Source: Octopus sinensis (taxonomy: Eukaryota). From it: a stretch of DNA of 64,000 nt. The notes beneath the pieces are model-generated. The model was not told the DNA's origin. It made no database searches and was given only the letters and a program-made list of their open reading frames with translations. Positions 36,220-48,499 of the stretch are shown piece after piece. Positions within the stretch are counted from its first letter, which is position 1; the number at the start of each line of letters is the position of its first letter. The position numbers and the translations under genes are program-made. Where the stretch lies: assembly GCF_006345805.1 (NCBI RefSeq), contig NC_042997.1, positions 171,864,001 through 171,928,000 of the forward strand, written 5' to 3'.

Positions 36220-36625
36220 TAGTGGTCCCCAAACTGTTTCAGACTGCCGTCCCCTTGGCACCTATGTCACACTCCAAGAACCCCCCACACACATCCTCAG
36301 CACCACAAACATAGTCCATTTTCTGCAGCAAATTCACAACAGTAGCATTTCACAAATAAGACTTAACCTAATTAATCCATTATTTTAGCTGGTTTTACGA
36401 TATGAAAAAGCAAATTTACTTCCCACTTGTAACGATGTTGTTTTCATATTTTTAATGTGATGGACGTACACTGTGTGGGGATATCAGCTTCTTGACATCC
36501 AGCATTCAATCATTTTCAGTGTTTCTTTACTTAGAAAAAATTTGGGCAACAGCACTGAAGCCCCATTCTATAAAACATGATGTTGGGAAGGCAAAAAGTA
36601 CATCATGACTCTGTTCCACAGTGAA
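36220..36625 (-). mobile_element. hAT transposon 3' end (transposase C-terminus and terminus)
   Basis: Minus frame FAFPTSCFIEWGFSAVAQ...PSH* (hAT dimerisation domain), with a TAGTGGTCCCCAAACT terminus at 36220. Confidence 0.7.
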
Positions 36626-36927
36626 GGGGGTCTCTAAAGTCTAATGACTTTCTAACACCATTAGGTTATTTCAAAGGTCTGCCCCATTGAGCAGTGGAAA
36701 TCAAATCAGACTGATGGAATAGGGAAAGAAGAGTCATTTGCTACATGGGTGGTAGTGGATGTCTCTTGAAAGTTTTCTACCTAGAAGTGGGAAAAAGAGA
36801 AATGGATGGTGGCAGAAACGGCAAGAGAAACAGCTGAGGTTAAAATCATTGCTAGTGCTTTTGCAGTGTCCAGACATCACCACTCACAGCTCATGGAATG
36901 TTTAGAGTGGAAGCAAACAAACAAATA

Positions 36928-39206
36928 TCATCATCATCATCATCATCATCGTTTAACGTCCGCTTTCCATGCTAGCATGGGTTGGACGGTTCAACTGGGG
37001 TCTGGGAAGCCCGAAGGCTGCACCAGGCCAGTCAGATGTGGCAGTGTTTCTACAGCTGGATGCCCTTCCTAACGCCAACCACTCCGAGAGTGTAGTGGGT
37101 GATTTTATGTGCCACCGACACAGGTGCCAGACGAGGCTGGCAGACGGCCACGCTCGGATGGTGTTTTTTTATGTGCCACCGACACAGGTGCCAGACGAGG
37201 CTGGCAGACGGCCACGCTCGGATGGTGTTTTTTTATGTGCCACCGACACAGGTGCCAGACGAGGCTGGCAGACGGCCACGCTCTCGGATGGTGTTTTTTT
37301 ATGTGCCACCGACACAGGTGCCAGACGAGGCTGGCAGACGGCCACGCTCGGATGGTGTTTTCTTATGTGTCACCGACACAGGTGCTAGACGAGGCTGGCG
37401 GACGGCCACGCTCGGATGGTGTTTGTTACGTGCCCTCAGCACGGAGGCCAGTCATTGCGGTACTGGCTACGGTCACGTTCGGATGGTTTTCTTATGTGCC
37501 ACCGGCACTGGTACCACAAGGATACAAATTCCATTGATGTTCATCTATTTTGATTTGGTTCGATTTGATTTGATACGATTCGATTCGATTCTCACTTGCC
37601 TCAACAGGTCTTCACAAGTGTCACAAGAAGGAAGGTATGCACAGGTGGACTGACTACGTCCCAGGTAGGGGCCATGGATTATGGCTTCACTAGTCTTGCC
37701 GGGTCTTCTCACGCACAGCATACTTCCATAGGTCTCGGTCTCTAGTCATTTCCATGGTGAGACCTAACGTCCGAAGGTCGTGCTTCACCACCTCGTCCCA
37801 GGTTTTCCTGGGTCTACCTCTTCCACGGGTTCCCTCAACTGCTAGGGATTGGCACTTTCTCACACAACCTCTCTTCATCCATTCTCGCCACATGACCATA
37901 CCAGCGCAATCGTCTCTCTTGCACACAACAACTGATGCTTCTTAGGTACAACATTTCTCTCAAGGTACTAACGCTCTGTCGAGTAAGTACACTGACATTA
38001 CACATCCATCGGAGCATACTGGCTTCGTTCCTCACGAGCTTACGCATGTCCTCAGCAGTCACGGCCCATGTTTCACTGCCATGTAGCATAGCTGTTCGTA
38101 CACATGCATCATACAGTCTGCCTTTTACTCTGAGCGAGAGGCCTTTAGTCACCAGCAGAGGTAAGAGCTCCCTAAACTTTGCCCAGGCTATTCTTATTCT
38201 AGCAGTTACACTTTCAGCGCACCCACCCCCACTACTGACTTGGTCACCTAGATAGCGGAAACTATCAACTACTTCTAGTTTTTCCCCCCGGAAAGTGACA
38301 GAAGTTGTTTTCTGCAGATTTTCGGAGGTCAGTGCTCCAGAGCACCTGCCACATACAAAAACTATCTTCCCAGTTAGCCTACCTTTGACATTGCTGCACC
38401 TCTTATGTGTCCATAGCTTACACTGGGTACATCTTATAGAGTTTCTACCTACACCTTTTCTACAGATCGAACAGGGCCATCTTCCTGATGATATTTGTGG
38501 GTTTTCTACCTTTCTACTTATTAGTACTTTGGTTTTAGCTAGGTTGACTCTAAGGCCCCTCGATTCTAAACCCTCCTTCCACACCTGGAACTTCTCCTCC
38601 AGTTCTGATAGTGACTCAGCGATTAGAGCGAGGTCGTCAGCATAGAGGAGCTCCCAGGGGCAACCGGTCTTGAATTCCTCCGTTATTGCCTGGAGGACTA
38701 TGATAAATAGGAGGGGGCTGAGTACTGAACCCTGGTGGACCCCAACCTCTACTTTGAATTCTTCTGTGTACATGTTGCCAACTCTAACCTTACTTACGGC
38801 ATCTCTGTACATGGCTTGCACAGCCCTCACCAGCCATTCATTATCCCTAGTTTCCTCATTGACCACCAGATGAGGGATCGGGGGACCCTATCAAAGGCTT
38901 TCTCCATGTCAACAAAAGCCAGGTACAGGGGCTTATCCTTGGCTAGGTATTTCTCCTGCAGCTGCCTTACCAGGAATATAGCATCAGTGGTGCTTTTCCC
39001 TGGGACAAACCAAACTGCATCTCATCTAAACTAACTCTCTCTCTAATTAGTTGGGCTAAGACCCTCTCCGTAACCTTCATTACCTGATCCAACAGCTTGA
39101 TACCTCTGTAATTATTTGTATCCAGGGCATCACCTTTACCTTTGTAGCAGTTGACTAGTATGCTGCTACACCAGTCATTGGGTATGACTCCTTCGTGTAT
39201 CACCTG
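36928..39206 (-). mobile_element. RTE-clade LINE, 5'-truncated (RT, C-terminus, 3' UTR, (GAT)n tail), frameshifted
   Basis: [50 protein letters not shown]. The 5' end lies at (TA)n 39207-39232. Confidence 0.95.
37105..37520. repeat. About 64-bp minisatellite inside the RTE 3' UTR (about 6.5 units)
   Basis: Unit starts at 37109, 37173, 37237, 37303, 37367, 37430 and 37496. The first five are nearly identical. Confidence 0.95.
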
Positions 39207-39237
<31 letters not shown>

Positions 39238-39759
39238 GTGATAATTATTCTGTAGCCATGAATAATTGTCACATATTACATTTACAGATAAATTCCTCTA
39301 TTTACATATTGAGGTCTCTTCCTTTCTTTTGTTGTCTTACCATTTTTGTCAATATATATACATAAAACAGGTGGTGATGGTGGTTGTGGTGGTGGTTGTG
39401 GTGGTGGTGATGGTCAGCAGCAGTGGCGGTGTTGTCACCGTTGTGATAACAATGATGATGAGGATGATGATGATGATGATTAATAGAGTTTGGTGGCTTA
39501 GCACAGCTAACAGACCAAGCAGCATTAACAGATCAAAAAACTAATCCAAAATATGCCATACAATGGAGTGCTGGATTTGAGTGGTCCAACCTGGGTTTGA
39601 AATGTTATTTAGACTTGTTCTTTTAAATCCTGGGTTCAAATCCTGTTAGAGTTAACTTTGCCTTCCATTAATCTCAAGGTCAGTCAAGTACCATTCAAAT
39701 GCTGAAGATGGTTAAATTTGAGCCATCCACCCCACTTCTGTCAGTGAACTCAGTGAAAG

Positions 39760-39885
39760 TTTGTGGCTTAGTGGTTAGGGTATTCAGCTTATGATCATAA
39801 GGTCATGAGTTCAACCCCTCCTCCCCCCCAGTGGCACATTGCATCCTTGAACAAGACACTTTATTTAATATTATCCCAGTCCACC
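39760..39885 (+). mobile_element. SINE family C, 5' part
   Basis: TGTGGCTTAGTGGTTAGGG head and CCTTGAACAAGACACTTTATTT. Confidence 0.7.
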
Positions 39886-39913
39886 GTGGAAGCATATGCC
39901 TTAGTGGTTAGGA

Positions 39914-40407
39914 CAGTGTTTCTCAACCTTTTTACCCATGCATAACCCTTAAAATAAATTACATATCTCAAGGAACCCTTGCACAAAAAATTATATACCA
40001 TATTTTTCTCCAATTTAAAAAAAATCATAGTTCATATGGTAAATATCATATATATACATACGTATATATATACATACGTATATATACATATACACACACA
40101 CACATAATTATATATATATATATATATATCATCATCATCATCATCATCGTTTAACGTCCGTTTTCCGCGCTAGCACAGGTTGGATGGTTCGACCGGGGTC
40201 TGGGAAGCCAGAAGGCTGCACCAGGCTCCAGTCTGATCTGGCAGTGTTTCTATGGCTGGATGCCCTTCCTAATGCCAACCACTCCGCGAGTGTAGTGGGT
40301 GCTTTTTACGTGCCACCTGCACAGGTGCCAGGGGGGGTCTGGCATCGGCCACGATCGGTTGGTGCTTTTAACGTGCCACCGGCACGGTAGCCAGCCAAGG
40401 CGGTGCT

Positions 40408-40451
<44 letters not shown>

Positions 40452-40648
40452 TTGTCCATAAATTACAGACATCACTAAATATATCCTCAATGGTTGTTAT
40501 ATTTTTTTGATAACATAATAAGTTTGATAGGATGATGTCTATATTACAATAACCAATAATATGTTGTGTATTGATAGTAATATTACGATCATGAAATTAG
40601 CATTAGCTTATCTCACTCTTTCTTGTGGAAACCCTGGGAAGCTTTTTG
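39914..40648. mobile_element. hAT-type MITE (CAGTGTTTCTCAAC family) inserted in a family C SINE head and itself interrupted by an RTE 3'-UTR copy (40128-40410, minus)
   Basis: Homologous to 54651-55229. The SINE head resumes at ~40650. The right TIR is missing. Confidence 0.75.
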
Positions 40649-40649
40649 C

Positions 40650-41075
40650 TACTTCATGATTGTAGTTTCAATTCCTGGACTGGGTGACACATTGTGTTCT
40701 TGACCAAAAAACACTTCAATTCAGGTTGGTCCAGTCCACTTAGCTGGCAGAAATGAGTAATCCTGCAATGGACCAGCATTATATATATATAAATATATAT
40801 GCCATGGAAACTGGGAAACTGGCCCTTATGAATCTACATAACTCAGGAAGGAACTCTACTTCTTTTTACCAGTTCACTCAGCTGGTGAAATGTGTAGTAC
40901 CTGTATTTCAAAGGGCCAGCCTTGTCACATTCTGTGTCATGCTGCATCTCCTTGAGAACTACATTAAGGGTACAGATGTCTGTGGAGTGCTCAGCCACTT
41001 GTATGTCAATTACACAAGCAGGCTGGATGTGTGTTCCAGCAGATTCAATCTGCTGGAACACTCATCATCATAACC
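40650..41075 (+). mobile_element. Remainder of the family C SINE, followed by a second SINE body with a different tail (from about 40862)
   Basis: CCAGTCCACTTAGCTGG...GAAACTGGGAAACTGGCCCTTATGA, then CCAGTTCACTCAGCTGG with an unrelated downstream sequence. Confidence 0.6.
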
Positions 41076-41156
41076 AATGGACTGCCAGTTAGTAACAGTA
41101 AAAATAAAGTTTCATTCTCGAATCATACCACCCAATGAGGGCCAGTTTCCTGGTTT

Positions 41157-41650
41157 CATCATCATCATCAGCATCAGCATCACCCTTTAGCATCTGCATT
41201 CCGTGCTGGCAAGGGTTAAGATGGTTTGACTGAAACTTGTAAGCTAGAGGGCTGCACCAGGTCCCAATCTGATTTGGTATGGTTTCTCTGACTGGATGCC
41301 CTTCCTAACACCAACCACCCCAAGAGTGCAATGGGTGCTTTTTACATAACACCGGCACAGGTGCCAGTTACCTGACACCGGCATATGCCATGACTATGAT
41401 TTCACTAGGCTTCATGTGTTTTCTTAATCATGGCATATCACCAAAGGTTTCAGTCACTTATCATCGCCTCCATGAGGCCCAATGTTTGAAGATTGTACTT
41501 CACCACTTTGTCTTCCTGGGTCTACTCCTTCCACAGGTTTGCTCCACAGTTAGAGGTCAGCACTTCTTTACACAACTGTCCTTGTCCACATGCATCACAT
41601 GACCATAGCAACACAGTTGTCTCTCTTACACACCATGTCATATGCCTTTT
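41157..41650 (-). mobile_element. Older RTE LINE 3' end
   Basis: Diverged homologue of 28101-28945 with a short UTR and a (GAT)n tail. Confidence 0.8.
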
Positions 41651-41658
41651 ATTCCCAT

Positions 41659-42056
41659 AGGCACAGGAGTGGCTGTGTGGTAAGTAGCTTGCTTACCAAC
41701 CACATGGTTCCAGGTTCATTCCCACTATGTAGCACATTGGGCAAGTGTCTTCTACTATAGCTTCGGGCTGAACAAAGCCTTGTGAGTGGATTTGGTAGAT
41801 GGGAACTGAAAGAAGCCCATCATATATATGTATATATGTGTATATGTTTGTGTGTCTGTATTTGTCCCCCCAATATCGCTTGACAACCGATGCTGGTGTG
41901 TTTACGTCCCCATAACTTAGTAGTTCAGCAAAAGAGACTGATAGAATATATACTAGGCTTACAAAGAATAAGTCCTGGGGTCGATTTGCTCGACTAAAGG
42001 CAGTGCTCCAGCATGGCCGCAGTCAAATGACTGAAACAAGTAAAAGAGTAAAAGAA
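41659..42056 (+). mobile_element. SINE family A, full length
   Basis: Homology over its full length. Confidence 0.92.
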
Positions 42057-42129
42057 TAAACTTTTCGCTCAAGACGCTTACACTGTCCTACATGCACACA
42101 GACATTGCACATCCAGCAAAGCATACAAG

Positions 42130-42335
42130 CTTCCATGGCATATATATTATTCCCCACATAGACAGGACACTGGTTCATTGCAGGGTTACTCATTTTCGCC
42201 AGCTGAGTGGACTGGAGCAATGTGAAATAAAGTGTTTTGCTCAAGAACATGGTGTCACCTGGTCCAGGAATCAAGACCACAATCTTATGATTATGAGCCC
42301 AGCACCCTAACCACTAAGCCATGCACCTCCACAGA
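42130..42335 (-). mobile_element. SINE family C
   Basis: GTGGAGGTGCATGGCTTAGTGGTTAGGG head and CTTGAGCAAAACACTTTATTTCAC. Confidence 0.8.
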
Positions 42336-42448
42336 GCCAGTAAGGGAACATGTGTGTACCGAATACCGCAAATAAATAAATAATTAACTCGGCTAATTCT
42401 TTCCAGGTCTTCATTTAAACACATTTATTCCTTCTCATAGAGGACAAG

Positions 42449-42543
42449 GAGAAGAAGAAGAAGAAGAAGAAGAAGAAGAAGAAGAAGAAGAAGAAGAAGA
42501 CGAAGAAGAAGAAGAAGAAGAAGAAGAAGAAGAAGAAGAAGAA
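42449..42543. repeat. (GAA)n trinucleotide tract with one GAC interruption
   Basis: Read directly from the sequence. Confidence 0.97.
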
Positions 42544-43203
42544 GCTTCTTTGAGCTTTACTCATGAAATATGAACATGATGGTGCAAGTGAGAGGTGGCA
42601 GCTGTCTTTCTCAAGTATGTGACCTTTTAATTTAGTGCCAATGTTAATTAGATTAGATTATATTGTCTTAATTTAGACTATTCCCACTACATACACAGCA
42701 CACACAAACACGCACACACACACATACACAAACACATATGCATACACATACACACACAGAGATGCACTATCTTTTAAAATGCTATCTTTGATACAAGATC
42801 TCCTGATCTCATAACAAATTCCATTCTATTGATTCACAGCTATTGAACAGCTTGGCCGGCTGGCTAGCTGGCTGGCTGGTTGGCTTGGCTGGTTACAGCT
42901 AACAATGCATGACCTCTTAACCTATTCCTCTAATTCTCATTACTACTCTTAGGTGTTAGTAACCAGAAGCTGGGATGAAAGCCTGGAAGAAGCCATACAT
43001 ATGTACATGCACATATACATGCATGCATACATACATACATACATACATACATACATACATACATACATACATACACACACACATACATACATACATATAT
43101 ATATATAATATATATATAAATGAGGGTGATAATGATATATATATATGTATATATATGTATATGCATATAAATGCATATGTTTATATATATGTATGCATGT
43201 GTG

Positions 43204-43263
<60 letters not shown>

Positions 43264-43627
43264 TATACATTCACATACACACACACACACATATATATAT
43301 AGACATACACATACATACATATACTATGCATTCGCAGACAGTGTGTGAATTCCCAATCTATATATTGTGGTATCTTAGCAAGTAAACCTACATACAAGCA
43401 AATATCACTAGCAAATTTATTACCAACATTTGCAGACTCCCTGAAGACTTATTAAACTCGGTGCCCTTCATTAATGCAGAGAGCAATATACCGAAATCTT
43501 TCGAAACGATCAAGTCAAAATGTTTAGCTTCCAAATGTTTGATTCTATGATTCTATCAATATTTCTTCATGTAAATGAACTCTCATAAATGGTTGCAGAT
43601 CTGTGTTATAATATTGTTAAAACTCAC

Positions 43628-43663
43628 TGTGTCCATAATGCATGCAACATCCATTTACTGGCG
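43628..43663 (-). CDS. Candidate 36-nt micro-exon of an unidentified host gene
   Basis: Acceptor CTCTTTCATGTTTATTCCAG and donor GTGAGT. Symmetric 36 nt, open in two frames (ASKWMLHALWT or PVNGCCMHYGH). Confidence 0.25.
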
Positions 43664-43977
43664 CTGGAATAAACATGAAAGAGCCAGAATACAACTGACA
43701 GATTCTACTGAAAATTTTTGACTCTGCAAAATTTTCGAAATGAAAATTCAGATAAATCACTAAAGTTGTTGTATGAGGGGGCATGGGGTTGTGGTGGTGA
43801 CAGTGGTAGGGGAAAATCAAAAAAAAAAGCAAAAGCAAAAACAACATCCCCTCCCCCACCGCCATCCAAAGAGATAAAAACATTGCCAAAACAAAACAAA
43901 AGCAAGAACCAAACAAAGATTTTATTTACATAGTTATTGAGCTGTTGTCTGTCTTCATATATATATATATAATAATG

Positions 43978-44135
43978 ATATATCATCATCATCATCATCA
44001 TCATCATAGATGTCAACATCATCATCATCATCCCTGCCGCCACCACCACCACCACCACCACCACCACACCACCACCACCACCACCACCACCACCACCACT
44101 ACCATCATCATCATCATCATCATCATCATCATTAT
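43978..44135. repeat. Compound (CAT)n/(CAC)n microsatellite
   Basis: Read directly from the sequence. Confidence 0.95.
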
Positions 44136-44588
44136 CTGTGATCTTCCTCCTTCTCTTCATTATTATTTATATATTCCACTCATCATTTTAATCACCATTC
44201 CTTAATGGTGACAAACCAAGTCAGTATTAAAAATCAAACGATTTTTATGAATGAAATCTTCGTTTTATAAATAACGAGGGATTCTTTTGTACCAGGAGTG
44301 AGAAAACCCTACTCAATCATGAATGAAATTTCCACCAAATTCAACTTTGAAGCCACTTCTTGCTGAAATTTCAACAAAAAACAAAAAAAAACCTTCTCAA
44401 AATAACAAAGCAAAACATTTTAAGACTTGTTTTGCTTCGTTATTTCGACAAAAACGGTAATTAAAAACAAAATCAGTAATTTAACATAAATTGCACATCT
44501 AATGAATTTGTAAAATTAATGACTCATTCATTTTCTCAGCAAGGATATCATTCCTCACCGACCCCTACAGGTGCAATTTGCCCCCTAA

Positions 44589-44625
44589 TATAAATACGGT
44601 TTTCCATCTCTCCTCAGTGCAGTTA
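44589..44625 (+). promoter_or_regulatory. Possible TATA plus Inr core promoter
   Basis: TATAAATA at 44589-44596, TCAGT with A at 44616, and GCAGTT with A at 44621. Several CpGs are retained upstream. Confidence 0.2.
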
Positions 44626-44704
44626 CTTGACCTTTTAGGAATAGTACCTTAAAAAGGGTACAATTAAAAGGTACTGCTATTTTTAAAAAAGTAAGATATT
44701 TTTT

Positions 44705-44885
44705 ATCATTCACTTGTTTCGGTTACAGGGCTGTGGTCATGCTGGGGCACCACCTTCAAGGGTTTAGTTGAACAAATCTACTGCCAGTACTTATTTTTTA
44801 AGTGTTATACTTACTCTGTCTTTTTGCTCATCTGCTCAGTTACAGGGACATAAACAAACCAGTACTGGTTGCCAAGCAGTAAAGT
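44705..44885 (-). mobile_element. Family-A-related SINE 3' half, diverged
   Basis: CACTTGTTTCGGTTACAGGGCTGTGGTCATGCTGGGGCACCACC matches the family A tail in reverse. Confidence 0.65.
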
Positions 44886-44966
44886 TGGAGGCACAAACAT
44901 GAACATACACATATACATAAATACTTACATACACACATAAATACTTACATGCATACATACACAAAC

Positions 44967-45000
<34 letters not shown>

Positions 45001-45013
45001 CACACACACACAC

Positions 45014-45410
45014 TTACATAACAGGCTGGATATTGTTGTTTGGGACAGAGGGGCAAAGGTATTACCATCATAGGGGTCAGCTACCGTGCAGATATAAATA
45101 TCTCTTTCAAAATCAAAGAAAAAGAGAATATCTATGGACAACTATTTTGAAACCTCCAGCTTCTATATTAATAATAATTGGAGCACCAGGTTTTGTTAGT
45201 AAACGCTTAAAGGAGAATCTGGATAAACTGGGATTTTCAGAAAGAGAAATAAACCAACTAATTCATATATTACAAGTGCAAGACTTTTCTCAAGTTCCAA
45301 ATGTGAATTTGTCTGTGTTAATTACATCCCAAAGATGGAGCCTTGTATCTTTGTTGGAAACCGGATCCCTCCTCAGTGGAAGATTTATAATAATTAAAAA
45401 ACAGAAGAGA
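45014..45410 (+). mobile_element. RLE-type non-LTR retrotransposon 3' end embedded in (CA)n
   Basis: Across frameshifts: HNRLDIVVWD, YRADINISFKIKEKENIYGQL, IIIGAPGFVSKRLKENLDKLGF, CKTFLKFQM*. (CA)n on both flanks. Confidence 0.75.
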
Positions 45411-45419
45411 CACACACAC

Positions 45420-45458
<39 letters not shown>

Positions 45459-45550
45459 GCATGGATGCATACATACATAAATACATACATACAAACATAC
45501 ATACACACACACATACATACATGCATGGATGCATACGTACATAAATACAT

Positions 45551-45583
<33 letters not shown>

Positions 45584-45618
45584 CACACATACATACATAC
45601 ATACATACATACATACAT

Positions 45619-45683
<65 letters not shown>

Positions 45684-45763
45684 TACATACATACATACAT
45701 ACATACATACATACATACATACATACATACATACATACATACATACATACATACATACATACA

Positions 45764-45806
<43 letters not shown>
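45411..45806. repeat. (CA)n/(TACA)n/(TAAA)n compound microsatellite
   Basis: Read directly from the sequence. Confidence 0.95.
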
Positions 45807-46149
45807 ATGTATATATAACTCTAAACCCAAATGCAGAAAGTAAAACTGATACAAAAACTGACTCTATAGAAATATAAAAATGGCATTGAATAATGATCCA
45901 AATACTGGAAAGTTCTCTTATATTCAAACTTTGCAGAACTACTAGCAGTTCATAAATTATGGTTGGTATGGGCAACTTCAAGATTGTTTGCTGGATCAAT
46001 GCAAGTGCCTTATTGAGCTACCGAGACTCAATCAAATACATTAATATTGCCTTGTCAACTGCATTTTTTCCTCAACTTTTCAAAAGCATATTGTTCTTCT
46101 TATCCTATTTAAGGTCGTCTTTATATTTTATTTTCAGTTTATAAAGGAA

Positions 46150-46415
46150 TCGGTTGGTGCTTTTTACATGCCACTGGCACAGAAGCCAGTCGAGGCGGCG
46201 CTGGCATCAGCTACGTTCAGATGGTGCTTTTTATGTAAAAAATATCCACTACACTCATGGAGTGGTAGGCGTTACAAAGGGCATCCAGCTGTAGAAAACA
46301 CTGCCAGATCAGACAGGAGCCTGGTGCAGCCTCCTGGCTTTCCAGACCCCAGTTGAACCGTCCAACCCGTGCTAGCATGGAAACCAGACGTTAAATGATG
46401 ATGATGATGATGATG
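46150..46415 (+). mobile_element. RTE 3'-UTR copy (family D)
   Basis: Units plus a (GAT)n tail. Confidence 0.82.
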
Positions 46416-46458
46416 AAAGGAATCATTTCCTAGCTTGTAGCTCCCCATTGACTACATA

Positions 46459-46845
46459 CAGCACTGGATTAACCATTAAGCAAAATAAGCATCTGCTTAG
46501 GGCATCAAGGGAAGAAGGGGGCACCACAGGAATTGTAAATGGTTTACAGCACAAAAGAAATCACTTCAAACTTGCTAAAATAATATTTGAGATGCCTTTA
46601 TGTGTTACCTATGACTAATTTTGAGGATCTGATCAAAGACTTTGCAATTCAAAAAAGTAGGAGGAAATTTTTGAAATATAGATAAAGTGGAAGTATACAA
46701 AAATAGACATTATTTTCCCTCTTACTGTTTTGTTTCATTTTGAAAAATAAAAATTTATTTTATGGTTTGTTATTGTTTATATTTTGAATTAGATAATCTT
46801 TTATGAGGGCACCAATGGGTCTCAATGGGTTTTAATCTGGACCTG
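46459..46845. mobile_element. hAT-type MITE with a perfect 8-bp TSD
   Basis: TSD ACTACATA at 46451-46458 and 46846-46853. Imperfect TIRs CAGCACTGGATTAA / TTAATCTGGACCTG. Confidence 0.85.
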
Positions 46846-47518
46846 ACTACATACTTTCATTCATTTTCTATACACACTATAAGGCCTGCTCACTTCATTC
46901 CGTGACATTGTAAGAGAGTTTCTATGTTTACAACTCATGAATTCCAAAACCTCAATACCAGTCATCAAGTCTCTCCAAGATATATGCAAAATTTGTCAAA
47001 ACACTTTTACTGAAAACGCTTCAACTGATTTACATATTTTCAATATAATGTCCATATTTCACAGCCACACAACAAAATACGCAAGAGACATGTTTTGAAA
47101 TTAGATATTTTAATGTCATTTTTTTATGTGATTGAGACAATAGTAAAGATTGTAATTTTCTAAAAGACATTCATTTATGATTCCTAAATTCTGTTTCCAG
47201 TTTTGTCCTCAAGATTTGAATCTCACTTTAACATGTTGCAGGATATTTAAAGGAAGCTATGTTTTCCTAAGTTTTACCATATACCACTATCGTAGGGTCC
47301 ACGTGAGGCATTAATTCTAGGACAGAGCTGATAAAGAATAACAGTTTTACTCAGATTTATACATCATAATCATCATCATCCTTTAATGCTTATCTCCTAT
47401 GTTGGCACGGGGTGGATGGTTTGACATGATCTGACTAGCCTGAGCGTTTGGAAGACTCCAGTACCTGCTTTCTACAGCTGGATACCCGTCCTAACATCAA
47501 CCACTTTGCAGAATGTAA

Positions 47519-47757
47519 AAGGCAGCAAGCTGGCAGAAATGTTAGCATGCCGGGCGAAATGCTTAGTGGTATTTCGTCTGCCGTTACATTCTGAGTTCAA
47601 ATTCCGCCAAGGTCAACTTTGCCTTTCATCCTTTCCAGGTCGATTAAATAAGTACCAGTTACGCACTGGGATCAATATAATCGACTTAATCCCTTTGTCT
47701 GTCCTTGTTTGTCCTCTCTTGTGTGTAGCCCCTTGTGGGTAATAAAGAAATAAGAAT
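47519..47757 (+). mobile_element. SINE family B, full length, young
   Basis: Head, central domain, and tail GCCCCTTGTGGGTAATAAAGAAATAAG. Confidence 0.9.
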
Positions 47758-47779
47758 GTATTAAGAACTTTTCTGTGAC

Positions 47780-48480
47780 ACCAGCACTAGTAAGGTCACC
47801 AAGTAATTCACAGAACATGACCCTTTGCTAGAGTGGTACTGAGGAAGTGGGCTTTGTACCAGGTGTTGAGAGGCTAAAGTATGAAAGAAGAACAGTTGTC
47901 TTGCTGTAGAGGAGATACGTGGTGACCCCAGTAGGAAAGGGAAAAAAGGGCAGTGGAGATGAAGATACAAGAAAGCTGAACAGAGAGAGAATGGCTGGGA
48001 GAGTAAGTTCATGAGAGTGTGAAGGAAGAATGATTAACAGATGAGATGAAGACAGAAGTGAATACAGTGAATGGTGACCATGGATAATGGCAAGTTTCAG
48101 TTTGAGGAGAATGCAAGGAAAATAGAAGTGAGTCATAGAAGATGAGGTGATAGGTGTTAATATATACATAAGTGTTGTAGTCCAATGCCAGACTGCTGTA
48201 ATGTCCACTCCAGTATAACAGTACAGTTAGTTAGACAAGTAAAGACATGACTATCTATGACCACTTGACTTCCTACATCACAGTATTTGTAACGACTAGC
48301 ACATACCACTTATCATGTGGGAGGAGTGTTCCATTATTGTTATTATCCCCATAACAAGAAGAAAGGAGAAGCGTGGAGAACTGCAGGATAATAAAAACTG
48401 TAGACAGATGAGAATTAAGGCGATGGGGAAAAAGTACAAGGACAGAGACAGAGGTTAGAAGTATATAGGGTATAAGGTTG
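47780..48480 (-). mobile_element. Highly decayed LINE ORF2 fragment (L2/CR1-like, tentative)
   Basis: Strong purine/pyrimidine strand asymmetry and weak endonuclease-linker-like remnants only. Confidence 0.3.
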
Positions 48481-48499
48481 GATAAAGTAAGTTACAAGT

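Noticed and set aside
37105-37520. CRISPR-like array
   Set aside because: Contiguous tandem units without unique spacers, inside a eukaryotic LINE UTR.
43420-43520. CTGAAGA...CGAAACGATC as a hammerhead, or LPEDLLNSVPFINAESNIPKSFETIK as an exon
   Set aside because: No stem II closing pair or valid stem III, and no convincing splice donor.
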